DNA of 62,979 nucleotides, filler included, from Acetivibrio sp. (GTDB lineage Bacteria; Bacillota; Clostridia; Acetivibrionales; Acetivibrionaceae), in NCBI RefSeq assembly GCF_035371925.1. It is 3 parts of 3 records of this genome, joined end to end, with 100 filler letters (N's around TTAATTAATTAA, not from the genome) between each part and the next. Parts side by side here need not be neighbours in the genome. Positions count along the whole stretch, not along the records: positions 21,703 to 42,704 come from NZ_DAORXT010000052.1; positions 42,805 to 62,979 come from NZ_DAORXT010000053.1; 1 more part is not named here. The stretch is one strand, 5' to 3'. The notes under the pieces are model-generated. The model searched no databases. It was not told the DNA's origin and saw nothing but the letters and a program-made list of their open reading frames with translations. This document shows positions 32,541 through 43,732 of the stretch, piece after piece (position 1 is the stretch's first letter; each line of letters starts with the position of its first letter). The translations under genes were made by a program, and so were the position numbers.

Positions 32541-33875
32541 CTATTTTATCCGCTTTTTATTCTTAAGTAAAGCTTCCCGTTCCTTTTTCAACTCGTTTTC
32601 AACCTTGTTGGAAATATCCTTTATGACTTTTTCGGAATCGATATTACTGTCAATCGCCTTTTCTATTTCATCATTAAATATTTCCAAAGCCCTCTCATCC
32701 ATAGGAGTTTGCTTGTACTGGACCATCTCTTCAGCCAAATCCTCAATAAGCGGCTGAATAAGCTGATTGCCGAAAAATTCGTTTTCCCGCAGCATAACTT
32801 TGAGATTTCTTCTTGCCGGATAGTATCCGGAAATCATATCGATATTTTCTCCGCCCTCTTGCTGGGTCACTACATATTCAACAAACAGCCATGCCCATTT
32901 TTTATATTTGCTTTGGGCATTGATTGCAAGCTTGGTATCCGAGTACCATGCTTTAAGCCCCAAGGGCGGTGCGGCCACTCTCCACTTGCCTGCCTGTTCG
33001 GGAGCATAGCCCGCTATAGTACCGGTTCCCCATGACCCAATTCCCAGCACCATAACCAATTCTCCGTTTTGAATTGCCTCTTTTGCCGCTTCTTCCACGA
33101 TATTTGCACCAATTGCAAGATCATGCCTTTTGATTTCCCTTGCCATATCCAGCGCTTCAGCAAACAAATCGGAGTTTCTTACAAATCTTAAATTTTCATC
33201 AAATATTCCGGAATATAAACCTGCAAGATTTATAATATCCTGAGGCATCTGAAAAATATACTGGCCCTTGGATTTGAGTTTTTTCGATATAGCCATAAGA
33301 TTTTGACTGCTCTCAATAAATTTTGAAAATTCTTCGGGTTCCACCGGAAAACCGTTTTCCTGCATTACGTCCGAACGATAATAGGTTACAACGGGTAATG
33401 TCAAAAAGGTCATTGCCAAAAGACGTTTTCCGTCAATTGATTTATTGCTTTCCCACATGTCCTTTGGAAAGTCTTTTTCATATCTTCCCGCATAATAAGG
33501 CTCTTTTAGCAAATCTTCAAGATATTCTCCAGTGGAAAACTCACTATAGTAAGCACTGTCAAAAAACAAGATGTCCGGTCCCTCTCCCGATGCCAAAGCT
33601 TTCTTGTATTCATTACCTATGGCTTGAAAATCGAATTTTACAAGGTTTATCTTTATTTTGGGATGAATCGCTTGAAAATGGCTTATAGGTGCCTTCCAAC
33701 CGTCGCTATACGTCCAAAATTCTATCTCCACATCTTCGGCAGGTTCTTCTATTTCAGCAGCCTGAACACGATTGTATTCGTTCGGAACCTTCACCTTTCC
33801 TCCCAAGCTACATCCGGTCAGGATTGTTAGAAAACACAGGAATGACAACAAAAGAGGATATCCTGATACTTTCAT
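32541..33875 (-). CDS. ABC transporter sugar-binding lipoprotein
   Basis: Lipobox LTGC after start 33875 (GCGGAGGT RBS); GEGPDI and other family-1 SBP features. Confidence 0.85.
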   Translation of the reverse strand: MKVSGYPLLLSFLCFLTILTGCSLGGKVKVPNEYNRVQAAEIEEPAEDVEIEFWTYSDGWKAPISHFQAIHPKIKINLVKFDFQAIGNEYKKALASGEGPDILFFDSAYYSEFSTGEYLEDLLKEPYYAGRYEKDFPKDMWESNKSIDGKRLLAMTFLTLPVVTYYRSDVMQENGFPVEPEEFSKFIESSQNLMAISKKLKSKGQYIFQMPQDIINLAGLYSGIFDENLRFVRNSDLFAEALDMAREIKRHDLAIGANIVEEAAKEAIQNGELVMVLGIGSWGTGTIAGYAPEQAGKWRVAAPPLGLKAWYSDTKLAINAQSKYKKWAWLFVEYVVTQQEGGENIDMISGYYPARRNLKVMLRENEFFGNQLIQPLIEDLAEEMVQYKQTPMDERALEIFNDEIEKAIDSNIDSEKVIKDISNKVENELKKEREALLKNKKRIK

Positions 33876-34138
33876 ACAATATACCTCCGCTTCTCCATAT
33901 TGTACTAATCGGTGATCTCTATCTATTTCTATATTGTGTAAAATGCAAAAAGTATTTTGTGAGCTATATTTGTGGCTAATTCTTAAATTTAACAGATATT
34001 GCATGACAAGTCTTTCGAACAAACTTTATGTATTGATAATAATTCGACAAAGACAACTATAATCCTTTTTCTTTCATTATTTTTTAATAAATTAATAAAA
34101 AAATCGGGATAATTATCGAAAGCTTTAAGATTCAGCAA

Positions 34139-34336
34139 TCAGTTCTTTAGAGACAGCCTATCCCATGTCTTTTTGTCCACCTCTTCAATCTCTCCGTTTA
34201 GTATCGCAAAAATAAATTCCTTGGTAAGGCCTGTAACTTTTGCATACTCATCAAAGCTCATTCGGCTGCTGGCACTTCTAATTGTTTCCACAAGTACATT
34301 TGGATGCTTTATTTTGTCGGCATTATTTGATTGCAT
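34139..34336 (-). CDS. Small XRE-like helix-turn-helix protein
   Basis: GGAGGT RBS; MSFDEYAKVTGLTKEFIFAILNGE resembles an HTH_3 helix pair. Confidence 0.6.
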   Translation of the reverse strand: MQSNNADKIKHPNVLVETIRSASSRMSFDEYAKVTGLTKEFIFAILNGEIEEVDKKTWDRLSLKN

Positions 34337-34417
34337 TTTTTACCTCCGGAAAGTCTTTAATTCTGCTAAATCTTAGAAAACAACTTTCAACCTTTGCAAA
34401 AACCGGTTACACGGAAA

Positions 34418-35383
34418 TTATTGGATTTCAAAATGTCCTTCATCTATCCATTTGATATCGTGGAATTCTTTTAGCTCCCGGGAAAGCTTCAACAAGGCAT
34501 TATCTTTGTTTTTCGCCTCAATCATTACATCAAAATCCCTTTTAAGCCCTTTTGCAATCTGCAAAAACCGGTAAAATTCATTTACATCTATGTCATCGGC
34601 ATGGCTTCTGAAGCTTTCTGGGCTTTTCGGTGTTGAAAAATGAATTTTGGGAGGAAAATACTCATCTTTCCATGTGTCAAATATTTCCTCCAGCATATCT
34701 TCAAGTTTTTCACCGTTGTTTACGCAGTTATGATGATGGACATCCAACACCATTGGAGCTTTTAATTTACTGCAGATATCAAGCACGTCCCTGGCAGTAT
34801 ATATCTTGTCGTCATTCTCAAGGATAAGCCTTTTTTTGATTCTGCCCGGAAGGATATAATAGTTTTCCATAAATCTCTCTATGGACGCCTGCTTGTTCTT
34901 GTAAAGCCCGCCTATGTGCATTACAAGCTTGTACCTGTAATCCTCAAGACCCATGGCTTCAAACAATTTCACATGATAATCCAGGTCTCGCACCGAAGCC
35001 TCAAGCACTTCCTTTGAAGGTGAGTTCAGCAAGGTGTAATGGTCGGGATGGGCACTTACCCTAAAATTATTTTCCTTTACAAAGTCGCCAAGACTTTGAA
35101 GCTCCTCCTTAAACTCACCGGCATAGTCCCAATGGGATACCATGGGATGAGTGGCCAGGGGCACAAGCTTTGATGTAAAACGATAAACATTGATATTATA
35201 AGCTTTATTGTATCTAAGTATTCTAAGTGTGTTGTGAAGATTTGCCGCGGTAACCTTCCGTAATTTGTAAAGTCTTGATTCATCGTCAGTTATTCCCGTA
35301 AGGGTTTTTACGGTAACGGTACCGGATGGCGAGCAATCTTTCAAGTTCATTGTCATTGCAACATAACCAAGTCTTACCAGCAT
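34418..35383 (-). CDS. uvsE: UV DNA damage repair endonuclease
   Basis: VRLGY, SAHPDHY, LENDD, VLDVHHH, MIEAKNKD. Confidence 0.93.
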   Translation of the reverse strand: MLVRLGYVAMTMNLKDCSPSGTVTVKTLTGITDDESRLYKLRKVTAANLHNTLRILRYNKAYNINVYRFTSKLVPLATHPMVSHWDYAGEFKEELQSLGDFVKENNFRVSAHPDHYTLLNSPSKEVLEASVRDLDYHVKLFEAMGLEDYRYKLVMHIGGLYKNKQASIERFMENYYILPGRIKKRLILENDDKIYTARDVLDICSKLKAPMVLDVHHHNCVNNGEKLEDMLEEIFDTWKDEYFPPKIHFSTPKSPESFRSHADDIDVNEFYRFLQIAKGLKRDFDVMIEAKNKDNALLKLSRELKEFHDIKWIDEGHFEIQ

Positions 35384-35431
35384 ACCTTCTCCTACAATAT
35401 GTTCTTTTGCCACCGATTTATTTTTTACATT

Positions 35432-36166
35432 TTATCGGGCTTTTACCACCAATAAAGGAGAATCTTCCGTATAAATCGAGCATTTAAAATCCCCGTAAAA
35501 ATCAATGGAAGAAAAGCCCGCCTCGCCAAGAGCTGCATAAAGCTCCCTGCTCTTTAGGGGCAGCAATTCCACAGAATTATTATACTCAGCTTTAAAATCT
35601 CCCTCTTTGATTCTCAATGTAGTATTGAAGTCTATGGTGTTGCTTTCTTTTTTGAATTTGTATTTTCTTATAAATTCCAGCCCCAATTTATCATTGGTTA
35701 TTGTAGGCAATCCGTCCAAATTGTACTTAAATATTCTGTCATAGTTTACAATCTGAAGCGCAAGAAAACCTCCGTCTGTCAGCAGGCGTTTCATTTGCCC
35801 GAGAACATCGGTTATTTCCTTCAGATTCGTCAAATGTACCAGGGAGTTGCCTATACAAAATATGGCATTAAATCGGTCTTCTATCTTTTTTTCAAGCTCC
35901 CTCATGTCACACTTAAAGGCATATATGGAAACGCCGTTTTGGGTAGCTTTATGTCTTGCCTTCTCTACCATTTCATCCTCAATATCAACCGCTGTCACCA
36001 AGTAGCCAGCCTTTGCCAGTTCAACCGAGTATCCTCCCGAACCGCAAGCAACATCCAGGATTTTTCCTCCCGGAAGCCTTGCGCAATCCTTGATAAAATT
36101 CAATTGATTCTCCCCAACGGGAAAAATGTAATCATAGTATTTGCATATTTCGTTATAAAAACTCAT
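35432..36166 (-). CDS. Class I SAM-dependent methyltransferase
   Basis: ILDVACGSG, VTAVDI, CIGNSLVHL. Confidence 0.88.
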   Translation of the reverse strand: MSFYNEICKYYDYIFPVGENQLNFIKDCARLPGGKILDVACGSGGYSVELAKAGYLVTAVDIEDEMVEKARHKATQNGVSIYAFKCDMRELEKKIEDRFNAIFCIGNSLVHLTNLKEITDVLGQMKRLLTDGGFLALQIVNYDRIFKYNLDGLPTITNDKLGLEFIRKYKFKKESNTIDFNTTLRIKEGDFKAEYNNSVELLPLKSRELYAALGEAGFSSIDFYGDFKCSIYTEDSPLLVVKAR

Positions 36167-36323
36167 AAACCCGCCAATCCCCCTTTTAAAAGTTAATGTC
36201 AAAAATCGTTCTTCAACCTTATTATCCTTTTACACTGCCTTTTTATATACATCTTTATATGCATCGGCCGTTATGTAAAATTCTCCATATAGAATAAAAC
36301 AAAGCCCAAATTAAAGAAACATG

Positions 36324-36350
36324 AAAAAAGAGATACCTTTTTACGGTATC
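36324..36350 (-). terminator. Intrinsic terminator
   Basis: GATACC/GGTATC stem followed on the minus strand by a U-rich tract. Confidence 0.55.
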
Positions 36351-36379
36351 CCTGTTTTACAATTTTAAACCATGCACGC

Positions 36380-37462
36380 TTAAAAATTATTTTTCTCAGC
36401 CCACGCTGCCGCTTCCTTTACCGCATTCTGGTGATTTGTGTCAACCTTGTTGGTGCCATGGGTCTTGCTTTTTAAAAAGTGAACATCAAATACTCCGTTC
36501 ATATTGTTGTTTTTAACAGCATCAAGATTGTCACCTGCGCCATAACCTCCGCTCCGCGAGCTTACATATGTATTAGCCGGGGCACTGTCAACTCCCGCAT
36601 GAGGCATACCCGCCATCGACGCTGCCATCTTTCTTCCGTTGACAATAACAATTATCGGCCTTCTTTCCCAGCTCCAGCTTCCGCCATAGATACTTAGCAG
36701 TATTTCTGTGTCTTTAGCGGTCAAAGTCTCGCAATCCGCGTGGTTATATCCGTAGGTCCTCTTTATATTAAATGTGCGCCCTGTCCAAATGTCATATACC
36801 TGTGCTGTATCACCGATCTTGAAAATATTTTCTGCATTACCGAACCAGGAATAAAGATAATTGGTTTTTTCAATACCTCCCCTGGTTGCCGCAGCTGTCG
36901 ATTGTGAAGCAGAACTACCGCTTCTTCCCATAAGTCTGTCAATCAAAGCCAGAGTGTTGCGCCCTGCAATTCCGTCATCCTCAAGACCGTACTTTGCCTG
37001 AAGTTTCTTTACCGCTTGTTTTGTGAGGCTTCCATAATATCCTGTGGGTTCCACATTCAGATACCCCAAAGCCTTCAAGTCCTTCTGCAAAGCAGTCACA
37101 CTGCTTCCACTCATTCCTTCTTTCAACGAGGTGCTGTTCGAAGACCTTGAAACAGTTCTTTCGTTTATCAGCCTATTGACAAGCGAAAGGGTGTCCGGTC
37201 CTGCGATGCCGTCTTCTTTCAGTCCGTAACTTCTCTGCAGTTTCTTAACTGCTTCTGTTGTAAGGCTTCCGTAATATCCCGTAGGACTTACATTGAGATA
37301 CCCCAGAGTGTTAAGACTCTTCTGCAGTTCTGTAACCTGACTTCCGCTCATTCCCTCCTTCAAAACTCCTGAAGCTGCAAATACTATTGAAGAGTTAAAC
37401 AAAATACAGGTAATTAAGAAGGGCAGAATGACCGCAAGCAAAGCAGGTTTCTTCTTTTGCAT
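36380..37462 (-). CDS. Secreted protein: two PG-binding domains plus uncharacterised C-terminal domain
   Basis: Signal peptide; two LKEGMSGS..LQK.L..LGY..TGYYGSLT..DGIAG repeats. Confidence 0.85.
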   Translation of the reverse strand: MQKKKPALLAVILPFLITCILFNSSIVFAASGVLKEGMSGSQVTELQKSLNTLGYLNVSPTGYYGSLTTEAVKKLQRSYGLKEDGIAGPDTLSLVNRLINERTVSRSSNSTSLKEGMSGSSVTALQKDLKALGYLNVEPTGYYGSLTKQAVKKLQAKYGLEDDGIAGRNTLALIDRLMGRSGSSASQSTAAATRGGIEKTNYLYSWFGNAENIFKIGDTAQVYDIWTGRTFNIKRTYGYNHADCETLTAKDTEILLSIYGGSWSWERRPIIVIVNGRKMAASMAGMPHAGVDSAPANTYVSSRSGGYGAGDNLDAVKNNNMNGVFDVHFLKSKTHGTNKVDTNHQNAVKEAAAWAEKNNF

Positions 37463-37915
37463 TCAATTCCCTCCTACTCTTAATTGACACTCCCTAATTG
37501 TAACATCTTACGTCCCAATTATAAAGTCAAAATAAATGCCTTTACAAATTAACTTATGTACGTTGCTTGCTATAAAAAGGCAACCTTCCATACTGGCAAT
37601 TATATAAAAAAAAACGCTACAAGTAAACCCCTTTTAAGCAATATAATTTTTTATTGAAGATGTTAGTTTATTTTTCAGACAATTTTATAAAGGATTTTTT
37701 TTTGTTATATTGAATATAAATAAATATATTATGTTTGTTGCTATATCTTGTTATAATTAATATTAAGCAGTGTTTATAGAGCTTAAGCCTTTTGATTTAA
37801 TTTTGTATTTTTCACAAATACTATTAAGGTATAATCAAACTTCTGTTTTTTTGGTCAATGGGTTGGTACAAACTAAGTTTTACTAGCATCAGTAAAGTGA
37901 AAGGATGATCCTTAG

Positions 37916-40366
37916 ATGAAAGCTATTATAATGGCCGGCGGGGAAGGCTCAAGGCTTCGCCCTCTTACATGCGACCTGCCCAAGCCTATGGTTCCAATAA
38001 TGAATATTCCAATAATGGAGCACATAATTAATTTGCTGAAAAATCATGGAATTACAAACATCGGCGTAACACTCATGTATCTTCCCCAAAAGATTAAGGA
38101 TTATTTCGGGAATGGCTCCAATTTTGGAGTCAATATCACCTACTTTACCGAGGATACTCCTCTTGGGACAGCAGGAAGTGTAAAAAACGCAGAAGATTTT
38201 CTTGACGAAACCTTTATAGTAATAAGCGGGGACTCCCTGACCAACATGGATATTACCAAAGCAATCGAGTTTCACAGGATGAAAAAATCAAAAGCCACCT
38301 TGGTTTTGACCAGGGTTGAGGTTCCCCTTGAATATGGTGTGGTTATCACGGACAAGTACGGATCCATAACCGGCTTTTTGGAAAAACCCAGCTGGGGAGA
38401 AGTTTTCAGTGATACAGTAAATACCGGCACTTATATTTTGGAGCCTGAGATATTGAAGTATCTAGATAAGGGCAAAAAAGTGGATTTCAGCCAGGACCTT
38501 TTCCCTTACCTCCTTTTAAAGAAGGAACCCATGTACGGTTATGTCATGGATGACTATTGGTGTGACATCGGTGACCTTCAAGCATATCTCCAGGCCCATT
38601 ACGATGTCCTTGAAGGCAAAATCAGGCTTGATATAAATGCAACTGAAATCAAAAAAGGGGTGTGGGTTGGCCAAGGTTCAATCATTGAACCGGATGCAAC
38701 AATCAATCCTCCTTGTGTTATCGGAGACAACTGCCGCGTAGAGAGCGGTGCAGTAGTTGACAGTTTGAGCGTTATCGGGAACAATAATGTAATCGAGAGG
38801 GACAGTTCCGTAAAACGCAGTGTTATCTGGAATGGCAACTTCATTGAGTACGGTTCCGAAATACGGGGCGCCATATTGTGCAACAAAACTAATCTGAAGC
38901 GCTACGTACATATATTTGAAAATGCCATTGTAGGAGACAACTGTTTAATCAATGAAAGAGTCGTTATCAAGCCAAATGTCAAAATATGGCCGCAAAAGAC
39001 CGTTGAACCCTTTGCGATAGTAGACAGAAACATTATCTGGGGCTCAAAGCACTCGAAAAGTATTTTTGGCGAAAACGGTCTTTCCGGAATTATTAACGTT
39101 GACATATCCCCAGAGTTTGCTACCAGGCTTGGAGCGGCATACGGTTCTATATTTAAAAAGGGCTCCAAGGTTGTTGTAAGTTCCACAACCTCCAACTCTG
39201 CAAGGATGTTCAAGCATGCTTTCATATCGGGTATTCTTTCGGTGGGTGTGGAAGTGTTCAACTTAAGCAGCCTCCTGACTCCTCTTGCCCGACATGCAAT
39301 CAATTTCCTTGCCGTCGAGGGAGGAATTCACATCAAGCTCAGTGAGGACAATCCAAACAAGCTCAAGGTTGATTTTATGGACTCAAAAGGGGCAAGCATC
39401 AGCAGGGTTACGGAGAGGAAAATAGAGAATTCCTTTGCCCGCGAGGACTTTAAACGCTGCTCCGGCGATGAAGTCAGCAGGCTTAACAACATCACCGACT
39501 TTAAGAACTATTATGTGCGTTCCATATTGAATGAAGTGGACGTAGAATCCATAAAAAACAATGCCCCCAAATTATGCATAGTTTCACCCTCGGATTTCGT
39601 AATCTCCATTGTGGTGCCCATGCTCACAGATTTAGGCTGCAAGGTTGCAAGCTTTTCATCTGCCAATTTAAACGAAGTTGATAGCATTATTGATGAGATA
39701 AAAAACAACAATGCCAGCTTTGCCGCTTTCATTGACAGCAACGGTGAAACACTGGTATTGGTAGACAAAAACGGAAATGTGGTAAAGGATGATTTGTTCC
39801 TCTGCCTTACATCCCTTATTACCTTTAAGTCGGTTCCAAACTCAAAAGTGGTTGTACCCATAACCGCACCATCCATTATTGAGGTATTGGCGCAAAGGTA
39901 CCAAGGCAAGGTCGTGAGAACAAAAACCTCACCCCAGGCTGTAATGGAGCAAATGTTAAACCACAACCTTTTCAAAAACCGCGAGAACATGGACCAATTC
40001 CTGCTGAATTTTGATGCAATCGCAGGACTTGTAAAAATAATTGAATTCCTATGCCTGCAAAATACCACATTGACAGAAACTCTCAAGGAAATACCCGACT
40101 TCTATGTCAGCAAAAAGAAGATTTTCTGTCCGTGGGAGCTGAAAGGCAGGGTAATGAGAACACTTATAACCGAAAAAAACGAGGAAAAAGTGGAGTTATT
40201 GGACGGCGTGAAATTTATATTGGACAACGGTTGGGCCCTTGTCCTCCCCGATGCAGATATGCCCCTTTGCAGGGTTTACTCCGAAGGGATAACGCCTGAT
40301 GTGGCAGAAGCCATTTCGGACAGATATCTTGACAAAATAAAGACAATAATAAATGATAATAGGTAA
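37916..40366 (+). CDS. Mannose-1-phosphate guanylyltransferase-like nucleotidyltransferase, LbH repeats and PMM-like fusion
   Basis: [17 protein letters not shown], hexapeptide repeats, FGENGLSG start of phosphohexomutase fold. Confidence 0.9.
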   Translation: MKAIIMAGGEGSRLRPLTCDLPKPMVPIMNIPIMEHIINLLKNHGITNIGVTLMYLPQKIKDYFGNGSNFGVNITYFTEDTPLGTAGSVKNAEDFLDETFIVISGDSLTNMDITKAIEFHRMKKSKATLVLTRVEVPLEYGVVITDKYGSITGFLEKPSWGEVFSDTVNTGTYILEPEILKYLDKGKKVDFSQDLFPYLLLKKEPMYGYVMDDYWCDIGDLQAYLQAHYDVLEGKIRLDINATEIKKGVWVGQGSIIEPDATINPPCVIGDNCRVESGAVVDSLSVIGNNNVIERDSSVKRSVIWNGNFIEYGSEIRGAILCNKTNLKRYVHIFENAIVGDNCLINERVVIKPNVKIWPQKTVEPFAIVDRNIIWGSKHSKSIFGENGLSGIINVDISPEFATRLGAAYGSIFKKGSKVVVSSTTSNSARMFKHAFISGILSVGVEVFNLSSLLTPLARHAINFLAVEGGIHIKLSEDNPNKLKVDFMDSKGASISRVTERKIENSFAREDFKRCSGDEVSRLNNITDFKNYYVRSILNEVDVESIKNNAPKLCIVSPSDFVISIVVPMLTDLGCKVASFSSANLNEVDSIIDEIKNNNASFAAFIDSNGETLVLVDKNGNVVKDDLFLCLTSLITFKSVPNSKVVVPITAPSIIEVLAQRYQGKVVRTKTSPQAVMEQMLNHNLFKNRENMDQFLLNFDAIAGLVKIIEFLCLQNTTLTETLKEIPDFYVSKKKIFCPWELKGRVMRTLITEKNEEKVELLDGVKFILDNGWALVLPDADMPLCRVYSEGITPDVAEAISDRYLDKIKTIINDNR

Positions 40367-40405
40367 TAACAGATAGATTTTTAGCATTATCGGTAAAGGA
40401 GATTT

Positions 40406-41368
40406 ATGCGTACAATAACAATTACGGAAGACAAAGCAAACAAAAGAATTGACAAAGTTTTAAGAGAAACCTTTCCAAGGCTCCCCAACGGAGCCTTGTT
40501 TAAAGCCTTTCGGAAAAGGGACATAAAGGTAAACGGTGTACGGGTTAAAGAAGACCACATTGTAAAGCTCAATGACCGGGTGGATATATATATCACGGAT
40601 GAAATCCTGGACGGAGTGCCCAAAGCAGGAGAATTTAATTACGAAACGGCATTTTCTGTGGCCTATGAAGACAGCAATCTTCTCATTGTAAACAAAAAAC
40701 AGGGTATTCCCGTGCATCCCGACAGGACACAGACTGAAAACACACTTATTGATTTTGTAAAGGATTATCTTAAGCTAAAGGGTGAATTTAAAGAAAATTC
40801 AGGCTTTACTCCTTCTCTTTGTCACAGGCTTGACCGCAACACGGGTGGTCTTGTTATGATAGCCAAAAACGATGCCACCCTTCATATTATGCTTAAAAAG
40901 ATCAAAAGCGGTGAAATCAGCAAGTACTATCAGTGTCTTGTCAAAGGAAAAATGGACAAAAAAGAAGATATTTTGAAGGCATACCTTGAGAAAGACGAGA
41001 AAAAAAGCAGGGTTTTTATCAAGGATACGAAGACGCGCAGCGGGCTTGAAATAATCACAGGATATAAAGTACTATCCTACAAAGAGCTGCCGGATATCAA
41101 TGAAGGTATCAGCACCCTTGAAGTTGAGCTTTACACCGGCCGCACCCATCAAATTCGGGCTCACCTTGCCCATATCGGGCATCCTGTGGTAGGCGACGGA
41201 AAATACGGAATCAACAGCCTAAACCGTCTTTTAGGCGCCAAGCACCAGGCTCTATGGGCATACAAGCTGAAATTCGCTTTTAAAAGCGATGCCGGGATTT
41301 TAAATTATCTAAAGGGAATGGTAATTCAGGTTCAGCCGGAATACAAGCTCACAAAGCAGTGGAAATAA
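40406..41368 (+). CDS. RluA/RluD-family pseudouridine synthase
   Basis: S4 domain, HRLDRNTGGL, TGRTHQIRAHLAHIGHPVVGD. Confidence 0.94.
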   Translation: MRTITITEDKANKRIDKVLRETFPRLPNGALFKAFRKRDIKVNGVRVKEDHIVKLNDRVDIYITDEILDGVPKAGEFNYETAFSVAYEDSNLLIVNKKQGIPVHPDRTQTENTLIDFVKDYLKLKGEFKENSGFTPSLCHRLDRNTGGLVMIAKNDATLHIMLKKIKSGEISKYYQCLVKGKMDKKEDILKAYLEKDEKKSRVFIKDTKTRSGLEIITGYKVLSYKELPDINEGISTLEVELYTGRTHQIRAHLAHIGHPVVGDGKYGINSLNRLLGAKHQALWAYKLKFAFKSDAGILNYLKGMVIQVQPEYKLTKQWK

Positions 41369-41376
41369 AAAAAGTT

Positions 41377-41425
41377 TTGCCGTAAAGCCAGCTTTCGATT
41401 TTACTGGAAAGCGGCTTTACGGCAA
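41377..41425. terminator. Bidirectional terminator
   Basis: TTGCCGTAAAGCC(A)GCTTTC / GAAAGCGGCTTTACGGCAA between convergent genes. Confidence 0.85.
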
Positions 41426-41451
41426 TTATATTATATCCTATTGCTTTGTAA

Positions 41452-42704
<1,253 letters not shown>

Positions 42705-42804
42705 NNNNNNNNNNNNNNNNNNNNNNNNNNNNNNNNNNNNNNNNNNNNTTAATTAATTAANNNNNNNNNNNNNNNNNNNNNNNNNNNNNNNNNNNNNNNN
42801 NNNN
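42705..42804. other. Artificial scaffold linker / assembly gap
   Basis: 44 N + TTAATTAATTAA + 44 N. Confidence 0.99.
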
Positions 42805-42871
42805 AATTCCATTCTAACTTATTTCTGCTGTTTTGTCAGTCTTAATTTCTGGTATCATTCTGGTATCATTA
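42805..42871. mobile_element. Probable IS terminal inverted repeat at contig start
   Basis: Inverted partner of 42654-42704, with an 11-bp tandem duplication CTGGTATCATT, followed by TAG. Confidence 0.7.
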
Positions 42872-42984
42872 TAGTAATACAATTTATTACTTTTTAGTGC
42901 ACAACACTAATTATATAAAATCTATTTAAGCCACGCAGTTGATAAAAGAAAAGATAAAAAGGTAACCTTATTACCATCTTAAGG

Positions 42985-43731
42985 TCACCCAATTATTCTT
43001 TTAACCATTGTATCATGGGCCAAGTTTTCAAATTTATCATCAATAATAGATAGCGACTCAAAATCCTTGTATTTTTGTTTTAGGGCAATAGAAATAAGAT
43101 GGTCGGCCAAAGCCGGGTTTTTAGGGAGCAGACTTCCGTGGGAATAAGAGCAGTAAACATTCTTGTAAATAGCTCCTTCAAAACCATCTTCTCCATTGTT
43201 TCCGTACCCTTTTACAATCCTGCCGAGAGGCTTTACTTCAGGTCCCAAATAGGTTCTTCCCGAATGATTTTCAAAGCCCACGATTTTTCCGTCATAGTTG
43301 TCATTCTTAAGAAAATCACATTCAAACACAAAGTTTCCGATCATTCTTTCCTTGCCGCCTATCGTCCACAAGTTAAGAGCATTTAGAAAATGAATTTCTT
43401 TACCGTCCCAGGTCTTGTAATAACTGCCTAAGAGCTGATAACCTCCGCAAATAGCCAAAAATACCTTGTCATTTTTTACGGCATTTCTGATTTCCTCTCC
43501 TTTTTCGTTTAGAAGGTCGTTTTGGATCATTTCCTGCTCATAATCCTGACCGCCGCCCAAAAATATAATGTCGTAGGCTTCGGCATCAAACTTGTCTCCG
43601 ATGGATATGTTTGAAACGTTTGCGTTTATTCCACGCCAATTGCAGCGCATTTTCAAAGCAATTATATTTCCCCTGTCGCCGTACAAATTTAAAAGGTCGG
43701 GGTATAGATGGCAAATATTTAACTCATACAT
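42985..43731 (-). CDS. gatD: Lipid II amidation glutaminase subunit
   Basis: NLYGDRGN, GGGQD, AICGGYQ, GFENHSG, SYSHGSLL; directly after murT. Confidence 0.9.
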   Translation of the reverse strand: MYELNICHLYPDLLNLYGDRGNIIALKMRCNWRGINANVSNISIGDKFDAEAYDIIFLGGGQDYEQEMIQNDLLNEKGEEIRNAVKNDKVFLAICGGYQLLGSYYKTWDGKEIHFLNALNLWTIGGKERMIGNFVFECDFLKNDNYDGKIVGFENHSGRTYLGPEVKPLGRIVKGYGNNGEDGFEGAIYKNVYCSYSHGSLLPKNPALADHLISIALKQKYKDFESLSIIDDKFENLAHDTMVKRIIG

Positions 43732-43732
43732 A

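Noticed and set aside
33876..34022. N-terminal extension of the SBP ORF
   Set aside because: The lipoprotein signal and strong RBS place the start at 33875. Similar upstream extensions were trimmed for about 20 other genes.
34043..34049. Perfect Spo0A box (TTCGACA)
   Set aside because: A single 7-mer in AT-rich DNA is expected by chance; no clear partner site or promoter.
37463..37915. Possible c-di-GMP/c-di-AMP riboswitch or WalR box upstream of the PG-binding gene
   Set aside because: No consensus aptamer core or complete direct repeat found.
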